A stretch of DNA of 55,854 nucleotides from a virus (Duplodnaviria > Caudoviricetes): positions 1-55,854 of the IMG/VR virus record IMGVR_UViG_3300049050_000058. One strand, given 5' to 3'. Every line of letters begins with the position of its first letter. The first letter of the stretch is position 1. The notes under the pieces were generated by a model. That model did not search any database. It had not been told where the DNA came from and was given only the letters and a program-made list of their open reading frames with translations. Positions 24,742 to 35,303 of this stretch are shown in pieces. The translations under genes and the position numbers were made by a program.

Positions 24742-25578
24742 ATGCAGCAAATAATCACAATTCCAAGTTCTACCGTTTATAGTGATCTTTATGTTCTAGC
24801 TGGTATTGCAAACACTAGAAGTTTAACGATCACCAACAATACTTCTGATCCTATTTTTGTAAATCAATCAACTTCAAGTCCTCCTGACGAATCTCAAGCA
24901 TTTGTTATATACGAAAACCAAACAGTGTTGATTCAAGCAACTGGAAAGGCATTGTGGGTTAGGGGTAATACAGGTCCAGTAATTGTTCAAACTTTCACAG
25001 ATACTATTATTCCCGTATCTGGAATTGACCCTAGAGTTTATTCAGGGGACCAAGCTTTCACTGTTCAAAGCTTCACAGAAGCCAACTGCAAAAATGGAAC
25101 TCAATACGAACTCACTACATATGATGCAGCTTTTGCTGCTGGTGTAAATAGAGATTTCATTGTAATAACTGGGAATAAACCTGTCCTCATTAAGAATAGA
25201 TTTTTTCAGTTTACAGGTTCACAAATAACAACCAATATTTATAAAAATCCAACTTACACTGGTGGAACACCTGTTACATATTATAATCTTTCAGATAGAA
25301 ATCCTGTTTTGGGTACTGTGCAGATTTTATCTACCCCTACTGTAACCAATACAGGGACTCAGATTTCTCCAACAACAGTTATATTAGGAAACATTCCTCA
25401 AACAGGTCAAGCAATTGTAGCATCTAATGCCGAAAATTCTGTGTCAGGTTTAGAGAGGGTTTTAAATTCAAATAGTGTTTATCTTTTTAGAGTTACAAAC
25501 TCTTCTGCAAATTCCATGTTTTATTCCACAAGAACTACATGGTATGAAGGCGGGTTGAGTGTGAATCAACAGATTTAA
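24742..25578 (+). CDS. beta-rich hypothetical protein, possibly virion-associated
   Basis: 278 aa, T/S/N rich; between tRNAs and terL. Confidence 0.75.
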   Translation: MQQIITIPSSTVYSDLYVLAGIANTRSLTITNNTSDPIFVNQSTSSPPDESQAFVIYENQTVLIQATGKALWVRGNTGPVIVQTFTDTIIPVSGIDPRVYSGDQAFTVQSFTEANCKNGTQYELTTYDAAFAAGVNRDFIVITGNKPVLIKNRFFQFTGSQITTNIYKNPTYTGGTPVTYYNLSDRNPVLGTVQILSTPTVTNTGTQISPTTVILGNIPQTGQAIVASNAENSVSGLERVLNSNSVYLFRVTNSSANSMFYSTRTTWYEGGLSVNQQI

Positions 25579-25718
25579 TACCAAAACACTTAAGTAGTTT
25601 TATAGATGATCTTTTTTTTGAGGATCATCACTTAAAATTATTTAATAATATATTGACTTACAATCAGTTAATTATGATACAATTCATTTATAAATAAAAA
25701 TTCTAACGGAACTAACTA

Positions 25719-27203
25719 ATGCAAAAGAAAAAAAAGTTAGGTCCTGCCAGTAAAAAACAAGAGATGTTTTTGAAAAGCAATGCTAACATCATTGTCTATG
25801 GTGGGGCAATGGGTGGTGGTAAATCTTTTTGTGGACTACTCCGTCACCTAAGATGGGTGAATGATCCTAATTATCGTGGTTATATTGTTCGTAAAAACCA
25901 AACCACGATTATGAAAAGTGGTGGTCTTTTTGATGAAGCTACTACTCTTTATAGAACTTTTGATCCGAGAGTAAAAGTTAATAAAAAAGCAATGACTTTT
26001 ACTTTTCCAAGCGGAGCAATTATTGCTGCTGGACACTTGGAAACAGATAATGATGCTGAAAAGTGGCGTGGTCTTCAAGTCTCTGCTGCGATGCTCGACG
26101 AAGCCACTCAAATTTCAGAAGACCATACTCTGGTTATTCTTTCTCGTTTGCGTTCTAAGGCAAACATGATTCCAAACCTTTTCCTCACATGTAACCCATC
26201 ACCAGATTCATTTCTAAGGCGCTGGATTGATTGGTGGATTATCCCCAAAGGTGAGGAAAATGCTGGACGTCCTAATCCAGAAAGAGATGGTAAAATTCGA
26301 TGGTTCATTCGTCTAAACAATGAAATGATTTGGGCAGATACCAAAGAAGAGTTGATGGAAATTTATGGAAGTAGAGACGAAAACGGAATTCTTTATCCAG
26401 ATGATAGCGAAGATCAACATTGTCGTCCACTTTCCTTACAATTCATCAGCGCCACAATCTATGATAACCCTCCACTGATTAAATCTCAACCCGGCTATCT
26501 TGCAAACCTTCAAGGTTTGAAGCGTGTTAAAAAAGAACGTGATTTATATGGTAACTGGGATATCAGGGAAGACGCTGCTGGTTTCTGGAAATCAGAATGG
26601 CTAGGCGAACCAGTAAATGAACATGAATTAGAAATTGTTCAGTATTGTAGAGCTTGGGATATTGCAGGAACACTTCCTTGTGAAGCTCTTCCTAATCCTG
26701 ACTGGACTGCTGGTGTTCTTATTGGTAAAACCAAACAAGGAATTTATGTAGTTTTGGATGTTATTAGATTCCGAGCAAGATTTGGTGAAGTTATTCAAAG
26801 AATTGTTCAAACTGGTTTAGAAGACCCTGATGGAACGACAATCATTCTTCCACAAGAACCCGGACAAGCAGGTAAAGCTGCTGGGCAGATGATGATTAGA
26901 GAATTAGTTAGTGAAGGATTGTACGCTCGTATGCGTCCTTCTAATAAATCTAAAATTGTCCGTTTTCAACCATTCGTTGCAGCCTCTGAAGCTGGGTTAG
27001 TTCGATATGTTCGTGGTGAATGGAATGACATGTATTTTTCAGAACTAGAAAGTTTCGATGGTAGTAGGTCAAACAAGGATGACATGGTGGATTCAACAAG
27101 CGACGCTTTTATAACTCTTGCTCAGAAAATTCAACTTCCCAATTTCTTGAGTGGATTGCAATCTGCATCCGCATCCCTTGTTTCACATAATCCTTTCAAT
27201 TAA
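25719..27203 (+). CDS. terL: terminase large subunit
   Basis: YGGAMGGGKS, LDEATQ, TCNP, RAWDIA, KDDMVDSTSDA. Confidence 0.95.
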   Translation: MQKKKKLGPASKKQEMFLKSNANIIVYGGAMGGGKSFCGLLRHLRWVNDPNYRGYIVRKNQTTIMKSGGLFDEATTLYRTFDPRVKVNKKAMTFTFPSGAIIAAGHLETDNDAEKWRGLQVSAAMLDEATQISEDHTLVILSRLRSKANMIPNLFLTCNPSPDSFLRRWIDWWIIPKGEENAGRPNPERDGKIRWFIRLNNEMIWADTKEELMEIYGSRDENGILYPDDSEDQHCRPLSLQFISATIYDNPPLIKSQPGYLANLQGLKRVKKERDLYGNWDIREDAAGFWKSEWLGEPVNEHELEIVQYCRAWDIAGTLPCEALPNPDWTAGVLIGKTKQGIYVVLDVIRFRARFGEVIQRIVQTGLEDPDGTTIILPQEPGQAGKAAGQMMIRELVSEGLYARMRPSNKSKIVRFQPFVAASEAGLVRYVRGEWNDMYFSELESFDGSRSNKDDMVDSTSDAFITLAQKIQLPNFLSGLQSASASLVSHNPFN

Positions 27204-27224
27204 TTTTTATAAAAAGGAACAAAA

Positions 27225-28709
27225 ATGGCAGAAGAACAGATTGTTCCTCTTACTCAAGGGGAAGATTCACCTATTCCCTCTATTCGTTTAAGTCAAGTTT
27301 CATTCAACGGTCTTAATGTTTTTGCTGGTAATGTTTATGAAGATTGTAATCATGAGCTACGCTGGCCTAATGCGATTTTTACTTATAAGAAAATGGCTAA
27401 AGATGCCACAATTGCTCCAGCACTGTCCCTTGTCGAAATGGCAATTGCAAGAGTTCCATGGAGTGTAAAAATTCCAGAAGGTTACGAAGACAAGTTAAAA
27501 GATAAAGCTGAATTCTTACGTCAAGTAATGAATGACATGGAACACAGTTGGGGACATTTTATCCGTCAATGCGTCACTTTCAACCGCTACGGTTTTTCTG
27601 TACATGAGAAAGTATACAGAAAGCGCTATAGGGAGAAAGGAAGTAAGTATAATGATGGATTGATTGGATTACACTCTCTCCCACTTATTACTCAAGACTC
27701 GATTGAATCTTGGGATTGGGATAGTTCGGGAAGAAAACTAATCGGTCTTTATCAATATAAAAATAAGCCCACAGGTAAAAACAAAGCACAATATATTCTT
27801 GTAGATGAAGATCAATGGATTCCTCGTAAAAAGTTTCTACATTTCCGTAACAATGCTTTGAAAGATGACCCTGTTGGGATTAGTCCGTTGGCTAGTTGCT
27901 ATGTTGCTTGGAAGTACAAAACAGAGCTTGAGAAGTTTGAAGGCACAGGTGTCGCCAATGATGCTAGAGGTCTTAAACATCTGAAACTTAATCCAAGATA
28001 TATGGACCCTAACGCTTCTCCTGAAGATAAAGCTGTTTATGCTTACTATCAAAATATGATGCGTAATCTTCACATGGGGGAACAAAGTGGCATTATCACC
28101 CCATCTTTAAAGGATGATAATGGTGCTGAAATGATTGCTGAATTTGAACTTCTTGGCGTCAGTGGGAGTAAGGCTTACGATGTTAGTAAAATTATTTCTC
28201 GTTATCAGAAAGAAATTATTACTTCACTAATGGCTTCTCAATTGATTCTTGGACAAGACGGTGGAGGTAGCTTTTCACTTGCTGAATCTCTCCAAGGTAT
28301 TTCTGATATGGCTATTGAATCTAAGTTGATTGAAATTCAAGAACAACTTAATCACGATTTAATTCCTCAACTGTTTTCGTTAAATGGTTGGAGTACAGAA
28401 GTTACCCCATATTTTTCATTTGGTGATCTTAAGTCTCCCGATCTTGATGTTCTGTCTAAATTTATTCAACGAGTTGCTGCTGTTGGTATGATGAGTCAAG
28501 ACCCGAGCACTATCAATTGGCTCGCTGAACAAGCCAACATGCCAACTCCTTTTAAAGACCCAACTGTTGATATAAACATTGCCCGTGAACAACTTACAGG
28601 GGCTTCTAGTAGATCAGGTGATGGAATGCAAGATGGACTTCCTTCTGGGACAGGAGCTGCTGACGGATCATCTGGAGATGGTTCAACTTCTAATACGGAG
28701 AATGTGTAA
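27225..28709 (+). CDS. portal protein
   Basis: 494 aa after terL; GGSFSLAES and LNHDLIPQLFSLNG motifs. Confidence 0.9.
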   Translation: MAEEQIVPLTQGEDSPIPSIRLSQVSFNGLNVFAGNVYEDCNHELRWPNAIFTYKKMAKDATIAPALSLVEMAIARVPWSVKIPEGYEDKLKDKAEFLRQVMNDMEHSWGHFIRQCVTFNRYGFSVHEKVYRKRYREKGSKYNDGLIGLHSLPLITQDSIESWDWDSSGRKLIGLYQYKNKPTGKNKAQYILVDEDQWIPRKKFLHFRNNALKDDPVGISPLASCYVAWKYKTELEKFEGTGVANDARGLKHLKLNPRYMDPNASPEDKAVYAYYQNMMRNLHMGEQSGIITPSLKDDNGAEMIAEFELLGVSGSKAYDVSKIISRYQKEIITSLMASQLILGQDGGGSFSLAESLQGISDMAIESKLIEIQEQLNHDLIPQLFSLNGWSTEVTPYFSFGDLKSPDLDVLSKFIQRVAAVGMMSQDPSTINWLAEQANMPTPFKDPTVDINIAREQLTGASSRSGDGMQDGLPSGTGAADGSSGDGSTSNTENV

Positions 28710-29719
28710 TGCCGTGGAAAGCTAGTGATAAACTGCCCCCTGCAGCAGAAAAACTTAAAGGACATGCCAGAGATGTATTTGTAGCGGCTGCTAATGCAGC
28801 CCTCAAAGAATATGATGGGGATGAAGGTAGAGCAATCGCTACAGGATTAGCCGCCGCCAAAAATGCAAAAGATAACCTAAAAAAAGCTGAATACACAAGA
28901 AACTCAGACGGCACAATTGAATATCGCGGGGAGAAGTTTCCAGGCTTTGGAAAACCTAAAAAAGATTCTGGTGATAAACAAGGGGCTGTTTTAGTCAAAC
29001 GTGGAGATGAAGTCAAGATTGTTAGATTTGGTGACCCTTCTCTTTCAGACAATACGAGTGTAGAAGCGAATAATGCTTTTTATGCAAGATTCGGAGGACA
29101 AGAGGGAATTAATGACCCTTTTTCTCCTTTGTACTGGTCAGCTAGATGGTTGTGGCCCAGGGGTAAAATGAAAGGTAAAGGACCAAAGGAATTTTTTAGT
29201 GTGAACAAATCTGTGAAAATTGACATGGATGTTGAAGATTTAATTGAAGATGGACACAGTGGTTTTCTTCATGATCTTGTTTCTCTTTTTGAGAGATGGT
29301 TTGGCTCTCCGTCAGACCAGGGAGGCGACAACTACGAAATTGAGATGATGAAATCTGTTGATAGTGAACAACGTAGAGCCCTTTTCGTAGTCCTTGAACC
29401 TAATATTATTGACCTGCATGGTGATACATATTCCGAAGAAGAAGTTGAGAAAGCTTGCATTTCCTTCAATACACATTCGATGAAGGCAAATTTGTTTCAT
29501 AAAGTTGAAACAGAAAAGGCTAAAATTGAACAATCTTTTATCACTCCCGCCTCTTTTACATTAGACGATGGAAGAGAGATTGTCAAAGGCACTTGGCTTC
29601 AGTGGTGGTCATTTCCAGAAAATGATCCCATAAGCGAACAACTTTGGTCTTTGGTGAAATCTGGTGAAATCAACGGTGTTTCCATTGGAGCCCGTGCAAG
29701 AGTGGAGAATATAGAATGA
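28709..29719 (+). CDS. prohead protease (XkdF-like) fused to a ChaB-like N-terminus and an extra domain
   Basis: VLEPN..DLHGD..KGTWL..GEINGVSIGA; N-terminus MPW..LPPA..ARDVFVAAANAA..EGRAIA. Confidence 0.85.
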   Translation: MPWKASDKLPPAAEKLKGHARDVFVAAANAALKEYDGDEGRAIATGLAAAKNAKDNLKKAEYTRNSDGTIEYRGEKFPGFGKPKKDSGDKQGAVLVKRGDEVKIVRFGDPSLSDNTSVEANNAFYARFGGQEGINDPFSPLYWSARWLWPRGKMKGKGPKEFFSVNKSVKIDMDVEDLIEDGHSGFLHDLVSLFERWFGSPSDQGGDNYEIEMMKSVDSEQRRALFVVLEPNIIDLHGDTYSEEEVEKACISFNTHSMKANLFHKVETEKAKIEQSFITPASFTLDDGREIVKGTWLQWWSFPENDPISEQLWSLVKSGEINGVSIGARARVENIE

Positions 29720-30336
29720 CTCAAAAAGCTAAACGTCGTCTCACTGATATTAGTTTTGACCACGAGGGCGCCCATGTTGCCCTTGTTGGTAAATTTCAGG
29801 GGGGTCCTGCCAATGGTATGACAACCCTAATCACTAAAGCAACTGATGATATTTCTGAAGAAGCTTTAGATAAAGCAATGTCCTCGATTCACGAGGGCGA
29901 ATCTACTGTAGAAACACCCTCCATAGAAACAGAGGAAATTATGCAAGAAGAAATTCAAAAAGCAGTTGCCGCTGCTGAAGAAACTCTGAAAGCTCAGTTC
30001 AAGGTTGAACTAGAGAGTAAAGAGATGGAACTTCAAAAGGCACTGGAGTTGGTTGCTCAATTCCAACAAAAAGAAAAAGACGTTGTTGTAAAACAGCGTA
30101 AAGAAGCAATCGCTTCCGTTGAACCTGATGCTGGAAAAGCTGAAGTTCTTTTCAAATCTCTTGAAACTCTAGATTCAGAATCTTTTGAAGCTGTAATCAA
30201 AGCTCTTAAAGATAAAAACAAGCTTGTAGAAGAAACTGACCTTTTTGTGCAAAAAAGTAAACAAATGGAAGTTGAAGAGCCTGTTGGTGAAAACGCCACT
30301 GCTGTACTTCTAAAACAAAAATACGCAAAACAATAA
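29716..30336 (+). CDS. scaffold-like protein
   Basis: coiled coil; position between protease and decoration genes. Confidence 0.7.
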   Translation: MTQKAKRRLTDISFDHEGAHVALVGKFQGGPANGMTTLITKATDDISEEALDKAMSSIHEGESTVETPSIETEEIMQEEIQKAVAAAEETLKAQFKVELESKEMELQKALELVAQFQQKEKDVVVKQRKEAIASVEPDAGKAEVLFKSLETLDSESFEAVIKALKDKNKLVEETDLFVQKSKQMEVEEPVGENATAVLLKQKYAKQ

Positions 30337-30355
30337 TCTCCGGAGATAATTTATT

Positions 30356-30754
30356 ATGGCAATCGTACAAACCGATACCGCTCGCCTTTCTAATCTAGTA
30401 AAACACGAACTGTGGCCTGAAACTGGTTTCTGCCGCAAAGAAGTGGTTGCCAACGAAGCTGCTGCTAAAACCTATGCAGTCGGCACCGTTCTTGGCAAAG
30501 TTACAGCTACTGGTAAATACAAAATCGCTGTAGAAACTGCTGTTGACGGCTCTAAAGTACCAGCAGCCCTTGTTATTGCTGATCGTAGCATCGCCGCTAC
30601 CACTGACACCAAAATTGTTGTTCTTGTTAAAGGACCGGCTGAAGTTAGCAAGGACGCCCTCGTTCTGGATGCCACTTACAACGACAACACTAAAAAACAA
30701 GCTGCATATGATGCTCTTGAAGCCCTGAACATTAACGTTCTAACCACTAACTAA
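30356..30754 (+). CDS. head decoration protein
   Basis: GTVLGKVTATGKY..DGS motif; just upstream of capsid gene. Confidence 0.85.
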   Translation: MAIVQTDTARLSNLVKHELWPETGFCRKEVVANEAAAKTYAVGTVLGKVTATGKYKIAVETAVDGSKVPAALVIADRSIAATTDTKIVVLVKGPAEVSKDALVLDATYNDNTKKQAAYDALEALNINVLTTN

Positions 30755-30772
30755 TAACAAGGAATAACTGGT

Positions 30773-31810
30773 ATGCCAATCATTCGTGATTTTACTAATC
30801 CTTTTAATATTGCTGACTGGACTCAGGAGCTTCTAATTGTTCCTAACCAGTATGGTAAAATTCAGCAAATGGGTCTGTTCCAATCAGAATCCGTTGCCAC
30901 TAACACTGTAACTTTTGAGCAGATCAATCAGTCTATTGGTCTGATCGGTGATCGTCCTCGCGGTGAACGTAACAACGTTTCCAAAGACTACACCCGTCTG
31001 ATTCGCAGCTATGCTCTCCCTCACTTCCCTCTCGATGATGCAATCAAACCTGAAGATATTCAAGGCAAGAGCGCATACGGCGGTTCTGGTGCAGGTATTC
31101 CTGAAGTTCTGGATCAAGTTCGTGCTCGTAAACTAGAACGTATTCGTCGTTCCCATGCACAAACTCTAGAGACTGCTCGTGTTAAACTGATCACCACTGG
31201 CGATGTTTATGCGCCTAACGGCACTATTGCTGGCAACTTCTACACTGATTTTGGTGTAACTCGTAAAGAAGTTGACTTTGATCTGGATACCAGCACTACT
31301 GAAGTTCTTCTGAAAGTTGAAGAAGTTGTTGCTCATATCCAAGACAACATCAAATCTGGTGAAATGGTAAATGAAGTTGTAGCTTTCTGCTCTCCTGAAT
31401 TCTTCAGCAAACTGATCACCCATCCTTCCGTTAAAGCTGCTTATCAATACTATATGAGCACACAAGAGCCTCTGCGTCGTGGTGGTCGTGAACTTGGTAG
31501 TGCTGGTGGTCTTGATCGTGAGTTTGTTTGCGGTGCAATCCGTTTCATGGAATATCGTGGTTTTGCTCCAGATGGCACCCGCTTTATTCCTGCAAACGAT
31601 GCTTATTTTGTTCCGATGGGTACTACTGAAATCTTCAAAACTTACTTTGGTCCTGCCAACCGTTTTGAATTCACCAACACTCTCGGTATGGAAGCTTACG
31701 TATTTGAGTATCGTAATCAAACCGATACTGAAATTCTGCTTCAGTCTGAATCTAACTTCCTGAACATTGTACGTCGGCCTGATGTGCTGGTTCGAGGTTA
31801 TACTGGTTAA
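30773..31810 (+). CDS. major capsid protein (lambda gpE-like)
   Basis: 345 aa, biased codon usage, ESN...RPDVLV C-terminus. Confidence 0.92.
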   Translation: MPIIRDFTNPFNIADWTQELLIVPNQYGKIQQMGLFQSESVATNTVTFEQINQSIGLIGDRPRGERNNVSKDYTRLIRSYALPHFPLDDAIKPEDIQGKSAYGGSGAGIPEVLDQVRARKLERIRRSHAQTLETARVKLITTGDVYAPNGTIAGNFYTDFGVTRKEVDFDLDTSTTEVLLKVEEVVAHIQDNIKSGEMVNEVVAFCSPEFFSKLITHPSVKAAYQYYMSTQEPLRRGGRELGSAGGLDREFVCGAIRFMEYRGFAPDGTRFIPANDAYFVPMGTTEIFKTYFGPANRFEFTNTLGMEAYVFEYRNQTDTEILLQSESNFLNIVRRPDVLVRGYTG

Positions 31811-31820
31811 TTAAATCCAC

Positions 31821-31861
31821 AGGGAAAGGGGTAGAGAAATCTACCCCAACCCTTTAAATTT
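31821..31861 (+). terminator. terminator after capsid gene
   Basis: GGGGTAGA-GAAA-TCTACCCC. Confidence 0.7.
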
Positions 31862-31910
31862 AAGGTAGTTTCATGTAGAATAGATACTCCAATAATTTAA
31901 AGGAGGTTTT

Positions 31911-32384
31911 ATGAACAAACGACAAAAACATGGAAAATACCTTACAAAAACTTATGCCTCTTATAGAGCTATGATACAGAGAGTTACAGACGAGAATCAT
32001 AAGTCGTTTGCCCACCATGGCGGCAGGGGTATAAAAATTTGTGAAAGATGGCTAGACCCTGTAATGGGTGTACTTAACTTCTTTGAGGATATGGGTGAAC
32101 GTCCCGAAGGTCTGACATTAGACAGATTTGATGTGAATGGGGATTATTGCCCTGAAAACTGTCGGTGGACAAATTCATCAGAACAAAATTTTAATCAGAC
32201 AATAAAAGTACATAATACATCTGGTAAAACTGGAGTTAGCTGGAATAAAGAAAAATCTAAATGGGAAGCATATATCTCTAAAGATAAGAAATTATTCAAA
32301 TTAGGATACTTCATTAATCTTGAAGATGCTATTCGTGTCAGAGAAGAGGCAGAGTTAAAGTATTATGGAAGAGTGAAGGAGTAA
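31911..32384 (+). CDS. free-standing HNH homing endonuclease with AP2-like domain
   Basis: GGRGIKICERW, TLDRFDVNGDYCPENCRW, NTSGKTGVSW..W.AYI..LGYF. Confidence 0.9.
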   Translation: MNKRQKHGKYLTKTYASYRAMIQRVTDENHKSFAHHGGRGIKICERWLDPVMGVLNFFEDMGERPEGLTLDRFDVNGDYCPENCRWTNSSEQNFNQTIKVHNTSGKTGVSWNKEKSKWEAYISKDKKLFKLGYFINLEDAIRVREEAELKYYGRVKE

Positions 32385-32387
32385 TAT

Positions 32388-32834
32388 ATGGCATTAACTC
32401 AAATAGAATTGATCAGGTTAATTGTCGGAGATACCCCATCAAATCCATTCTACCCTGTGTTTACAGATGACCAGTATCAGGCACTAATAGATGCATATGG
32501 TCCTAGTCAGCAAAACATTATTAGATGGGTCGCTGGTGCTATATCAATGACTATCGCTGGGTATAATACCCACGAAACTACGGGCGATATATCCGTACGG
32601 AATGAGTATGCTAAGAACTATTTAGCTGCTCTTAAAAGTCTAATCAGTGATTCTGGAACAGCAAGCATTCCCAACGGGGCAATGCCTTATGCTGCTGGTA
32701 TTAGTTGGGCTGATGTGAAGGCAAATAACAATAATCCAGATAATGTTCGTTCTCCGTTGAGTTTAGTGAAAGTGTGTGATGAAGAAGGATTGTTTTTTGC
32801 TGATCCTTTCAATTGTGAGTGCTCAAATGCTTAG
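32388..32834 (+). CDS. head-tail adaptor
   Basis: IRLIVGDT..FTDDQY motif; position. Confidence 0.7.
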   Translation: MALTQIELIRLIVGDTPSNPFYPVFTDDQYQALIDAYGPSQQNIIRWVAGAISMTIAGYNTHETTGDISVRNEYAKNYLAALKSLISDSGTASIPNGAMPYAAGISWADVKANNNNPDNVRSPLSLVKVCDEEGLFFADPFNCECSNA

Positions 32835-33198
32835 TCCTCAATTTATACTCACTAAAAAATTACCTTTTATTGTTATTAGAAAAACCCAAGGAACACGAAA
32901 CGAATGGGGTGAAGCTGTCCCAGGTGTTGAAACAGAGGTGGTTGTAGAGGGTAATTTGCAACCTATGGGTAGTAAGGAAATCTTACAGCTTCCTGAATCT
33001 GAACGTACAAAAGAGTGGTATAAGTTTTATACATCTCAAGAAATTAGAACCTTAAAAGAAGGGTTTGGTGGTTGGCAAGCTGATGAAATTATCATCGAAG
33101 GTGAACGTTACCGCTTCATGAAAGTTAAAAAATATTCCATGGGGATTCTTGATCATTATCGTGGAGATTGTGCAAGAGTTCCAAGTACTCCAAATTGA
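32827..33198 (+). CDS. head closure protein
   Basis: NLQP..LPESER..ADEIIIEGERY; position. Confidence 0.7.
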   Translation: MLSPQFILTKKLPFIVIRKTQGTRNEWGEAVPGVETEVVVEGNLQPMGSKEILQLPESERTKEWYKFYTSQEIRTLKEGFGGWQADEIIIEGERYRFMKVKKYSMGILDHYRGDCARVPSTPN

Positions 33199-33206
33199 GG
33201 TGGGTA

Positions 33207-33671
33207 ATGTTTGAAATAAAGCTCACCAAAGAAAGAGACCTGTGGTCTCAACTTTCTAAGATCGAAAATAACAATCTTGTTTCTAAAACTGGATTCTTCC
33301 CTGAGTCTGTTTACGGCTCAGAAAACGAAAATTTACCTGTTGCTCAAGTTGCTCAGTGGAACGAGGAAGGTTCTGAAACAAACCCTGTACGTCCTTTCAT
33401 GCGAGTTGGATTTGGTTTAAGAATCGAAAGAGGGGAATACGACAAGATTTTCAATGAAAGTATTGGTCGTATTTTAGATGGAAGAAGCTCTTTCATTCAG
33501 GAGTATAGGTTTATTGGGAATATTTTTGAAAGGGATATGAAGAAGGTGATCGCAGATTGGAGCACTCCACCTAACAGTCCCAGAACGATTGAAGAAAAAG
33601 GATTCAATGATCCTCTGGTGGATAGTGGAACAATGCTTTCTGAAGTTAAATCTAAAGTGGAGAGAGAATAA
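33207..33671 (+). CDS. neck/tail completion protein
   Basis: PVRPFMR..PPNSPRTIEEKGFNDPLVDSG. Confidence 0.75.
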   Translation: MFEIKLTKERDLWSQLSKIENNNLVSKTGFFPESVYGSENENLPVAQVAQWNEEGSETNPVRPFMRVGFGLRIERGEYDKIFNESIGRILDGRSSFIQEYRFIGNIFERDMKKVIADWSTPPNSPRTIEEKGFNDPLVDSGTMLSEVKSKVERE

Positions 33672-34213
33672 TGAATTATATTCCTATTCGCAGAGCATTA
33701 GTTTCTGCTGGTAAAAAAGCTCTCTTTCCGGAATTTCCCACATCTGAAATTATCGTATCTCATTCAAATCCAGACCAACTTTCAGAACTCCCGGAAAGCT
33801 ATGGTGTCATTAACATTCTTTCCATTAGCTCTACAGGTAAGACGGCTATTTCAACCGCTGCTAATGAAGATAGTCAAGTTTCATTACAAGCTCATTACGA
33901 AATTCAAGCTCAATTCAGTTTTATAGGTAGTCAATCTGCCGATATGGCTTTTTGTTTCTATCATAACATTGGTGCAAATCCTGTTGTTTTTGAGGAATTG
34001 TATAAAAGTAAAATAGCCTATCTTCGTAAATCAGATGTTAGACGCGCCCCGCAACGAAGGGAAACACAATGGGTTGAAGCTTTTAATGTTGATGCAACAT
34101 TCAACTTCATCGTGAACTACCAGCAAGTTGTTGATACTGTTGATGCAGTAATTCTACAAGATACAATTAGTGGAGAGATTTATACAGTTCCTCCAAATAT
34201 TGTTATTCCATAA
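33671..34213 (+). CDS. tail terminator/neck protein
   Basis: position before sheath. Confidence 0.65.
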   Translation: MNYIPIRRALVSAGKKALFPEFPTSEIIVSHSNPDQLSELPESYGVINILSISSTGKTAISTAANEDSQVSLQAHYEIQAQFSFIGSQSADMAFCFYHNIGANPVVFEELYKSKIAYLRKSDVRRAPQRRETQWVEAFNVDATFNFIVNYQQVVDTVDAVILQDTISGEIYTVPPNIVIP

Positions 34214-34237
34214 ATCAAGATAATAGGACAATTAAAA

Positions 34238-35303
34238 TTGGCTGAAATCGATAACATTGTACAAATTAATATTAGTCGAGAGTCTACACCAGTAGCAACG
34301 GCTAGTTTTCAAATCCCTTTGATCCTATCAACATTCACTAATTTTGCTGAACGTACTCGTGAATACACTGACTTTGATGCTGTAGCTTCTGATTTTGATT
34401 CTACTGATAAAGTCTATCAGATTGCTCAGCGAATTTTTGGTCAAACAGCAGGTATTCGTTTCCGTATTCCGAAAGTTGTTGTAGGTCGTCGTCAGGTAGA
34501 CGAAGTTACTATTGTTCCTGTTGTTTCCGATAATACTCTTTATCGTGTAACTATTAACGAAGTGGATTACACTTTTACTTCTGGAACTGGTGCAACTGCC
34601 ACAACTATTACTGCTGGTCTTGACACAGCTATTGGCACTCCAGCAGGAATTAATGTTAGCGCAGCGGGTGGTGTTCTGACTGTTGGTAGTGCCACGCCCG
34701 GTGCTAACTGGTCGGTCCGTACATCAAGCAATCTAACTGTCACTTACACTGCTCCAACCGAAACTTGGGTTGAAGCACTTGATGCTGTAAGCGAAGACAA
34801 CAATGATTGGTACGCTCTTGTAGCAGAAAGTCATGCAGACGCTGATATTAAATCTTTGGCAGAAACAATTCAAACTCGTCGTAAGATTTTTGGTACTTCC
34901 ACTCAAGATACCGCTGTTCCTACATCCGCTACTACTGACGTTGGTTCTTATCTAAACAATACCGGACTAGAACGTACTTTTATCACTTATCTTCCAACTG
35001 CGGATACTCAGTATCCCGAAGCTGCTTGGATTGGTAGTCAGCTTGCTGCAACTCCCGGCTCTAATGATTGGGATATGAAACAAGGTAGCCTGATTACTGT
35101 TAGTAAACTAACCGACACTCAACGTGCTAATCTGCGTGAGAAAAATGTCAACATGTTCACTAAAGTTGGTGGTGTAAATATTTTCCAAGACGGTAATACA
35201 GCTAAAGGTTCCCCTATCGATGAAGTAATTTTCATTGATTGGCTTTATGCTCGTCTGCAAGAAGGTATCTACTTCCGTCTGATTAATAGCCCCAAAGTTC
35301 CGT
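34238..35303 (+). CDS. tail sheath protein, exon 1 (spliced product 429 aa)
   Basis: DUF3383-type sheath; joins exon 2 in frame as KVP-FTNPG. Confidence 0.9.
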
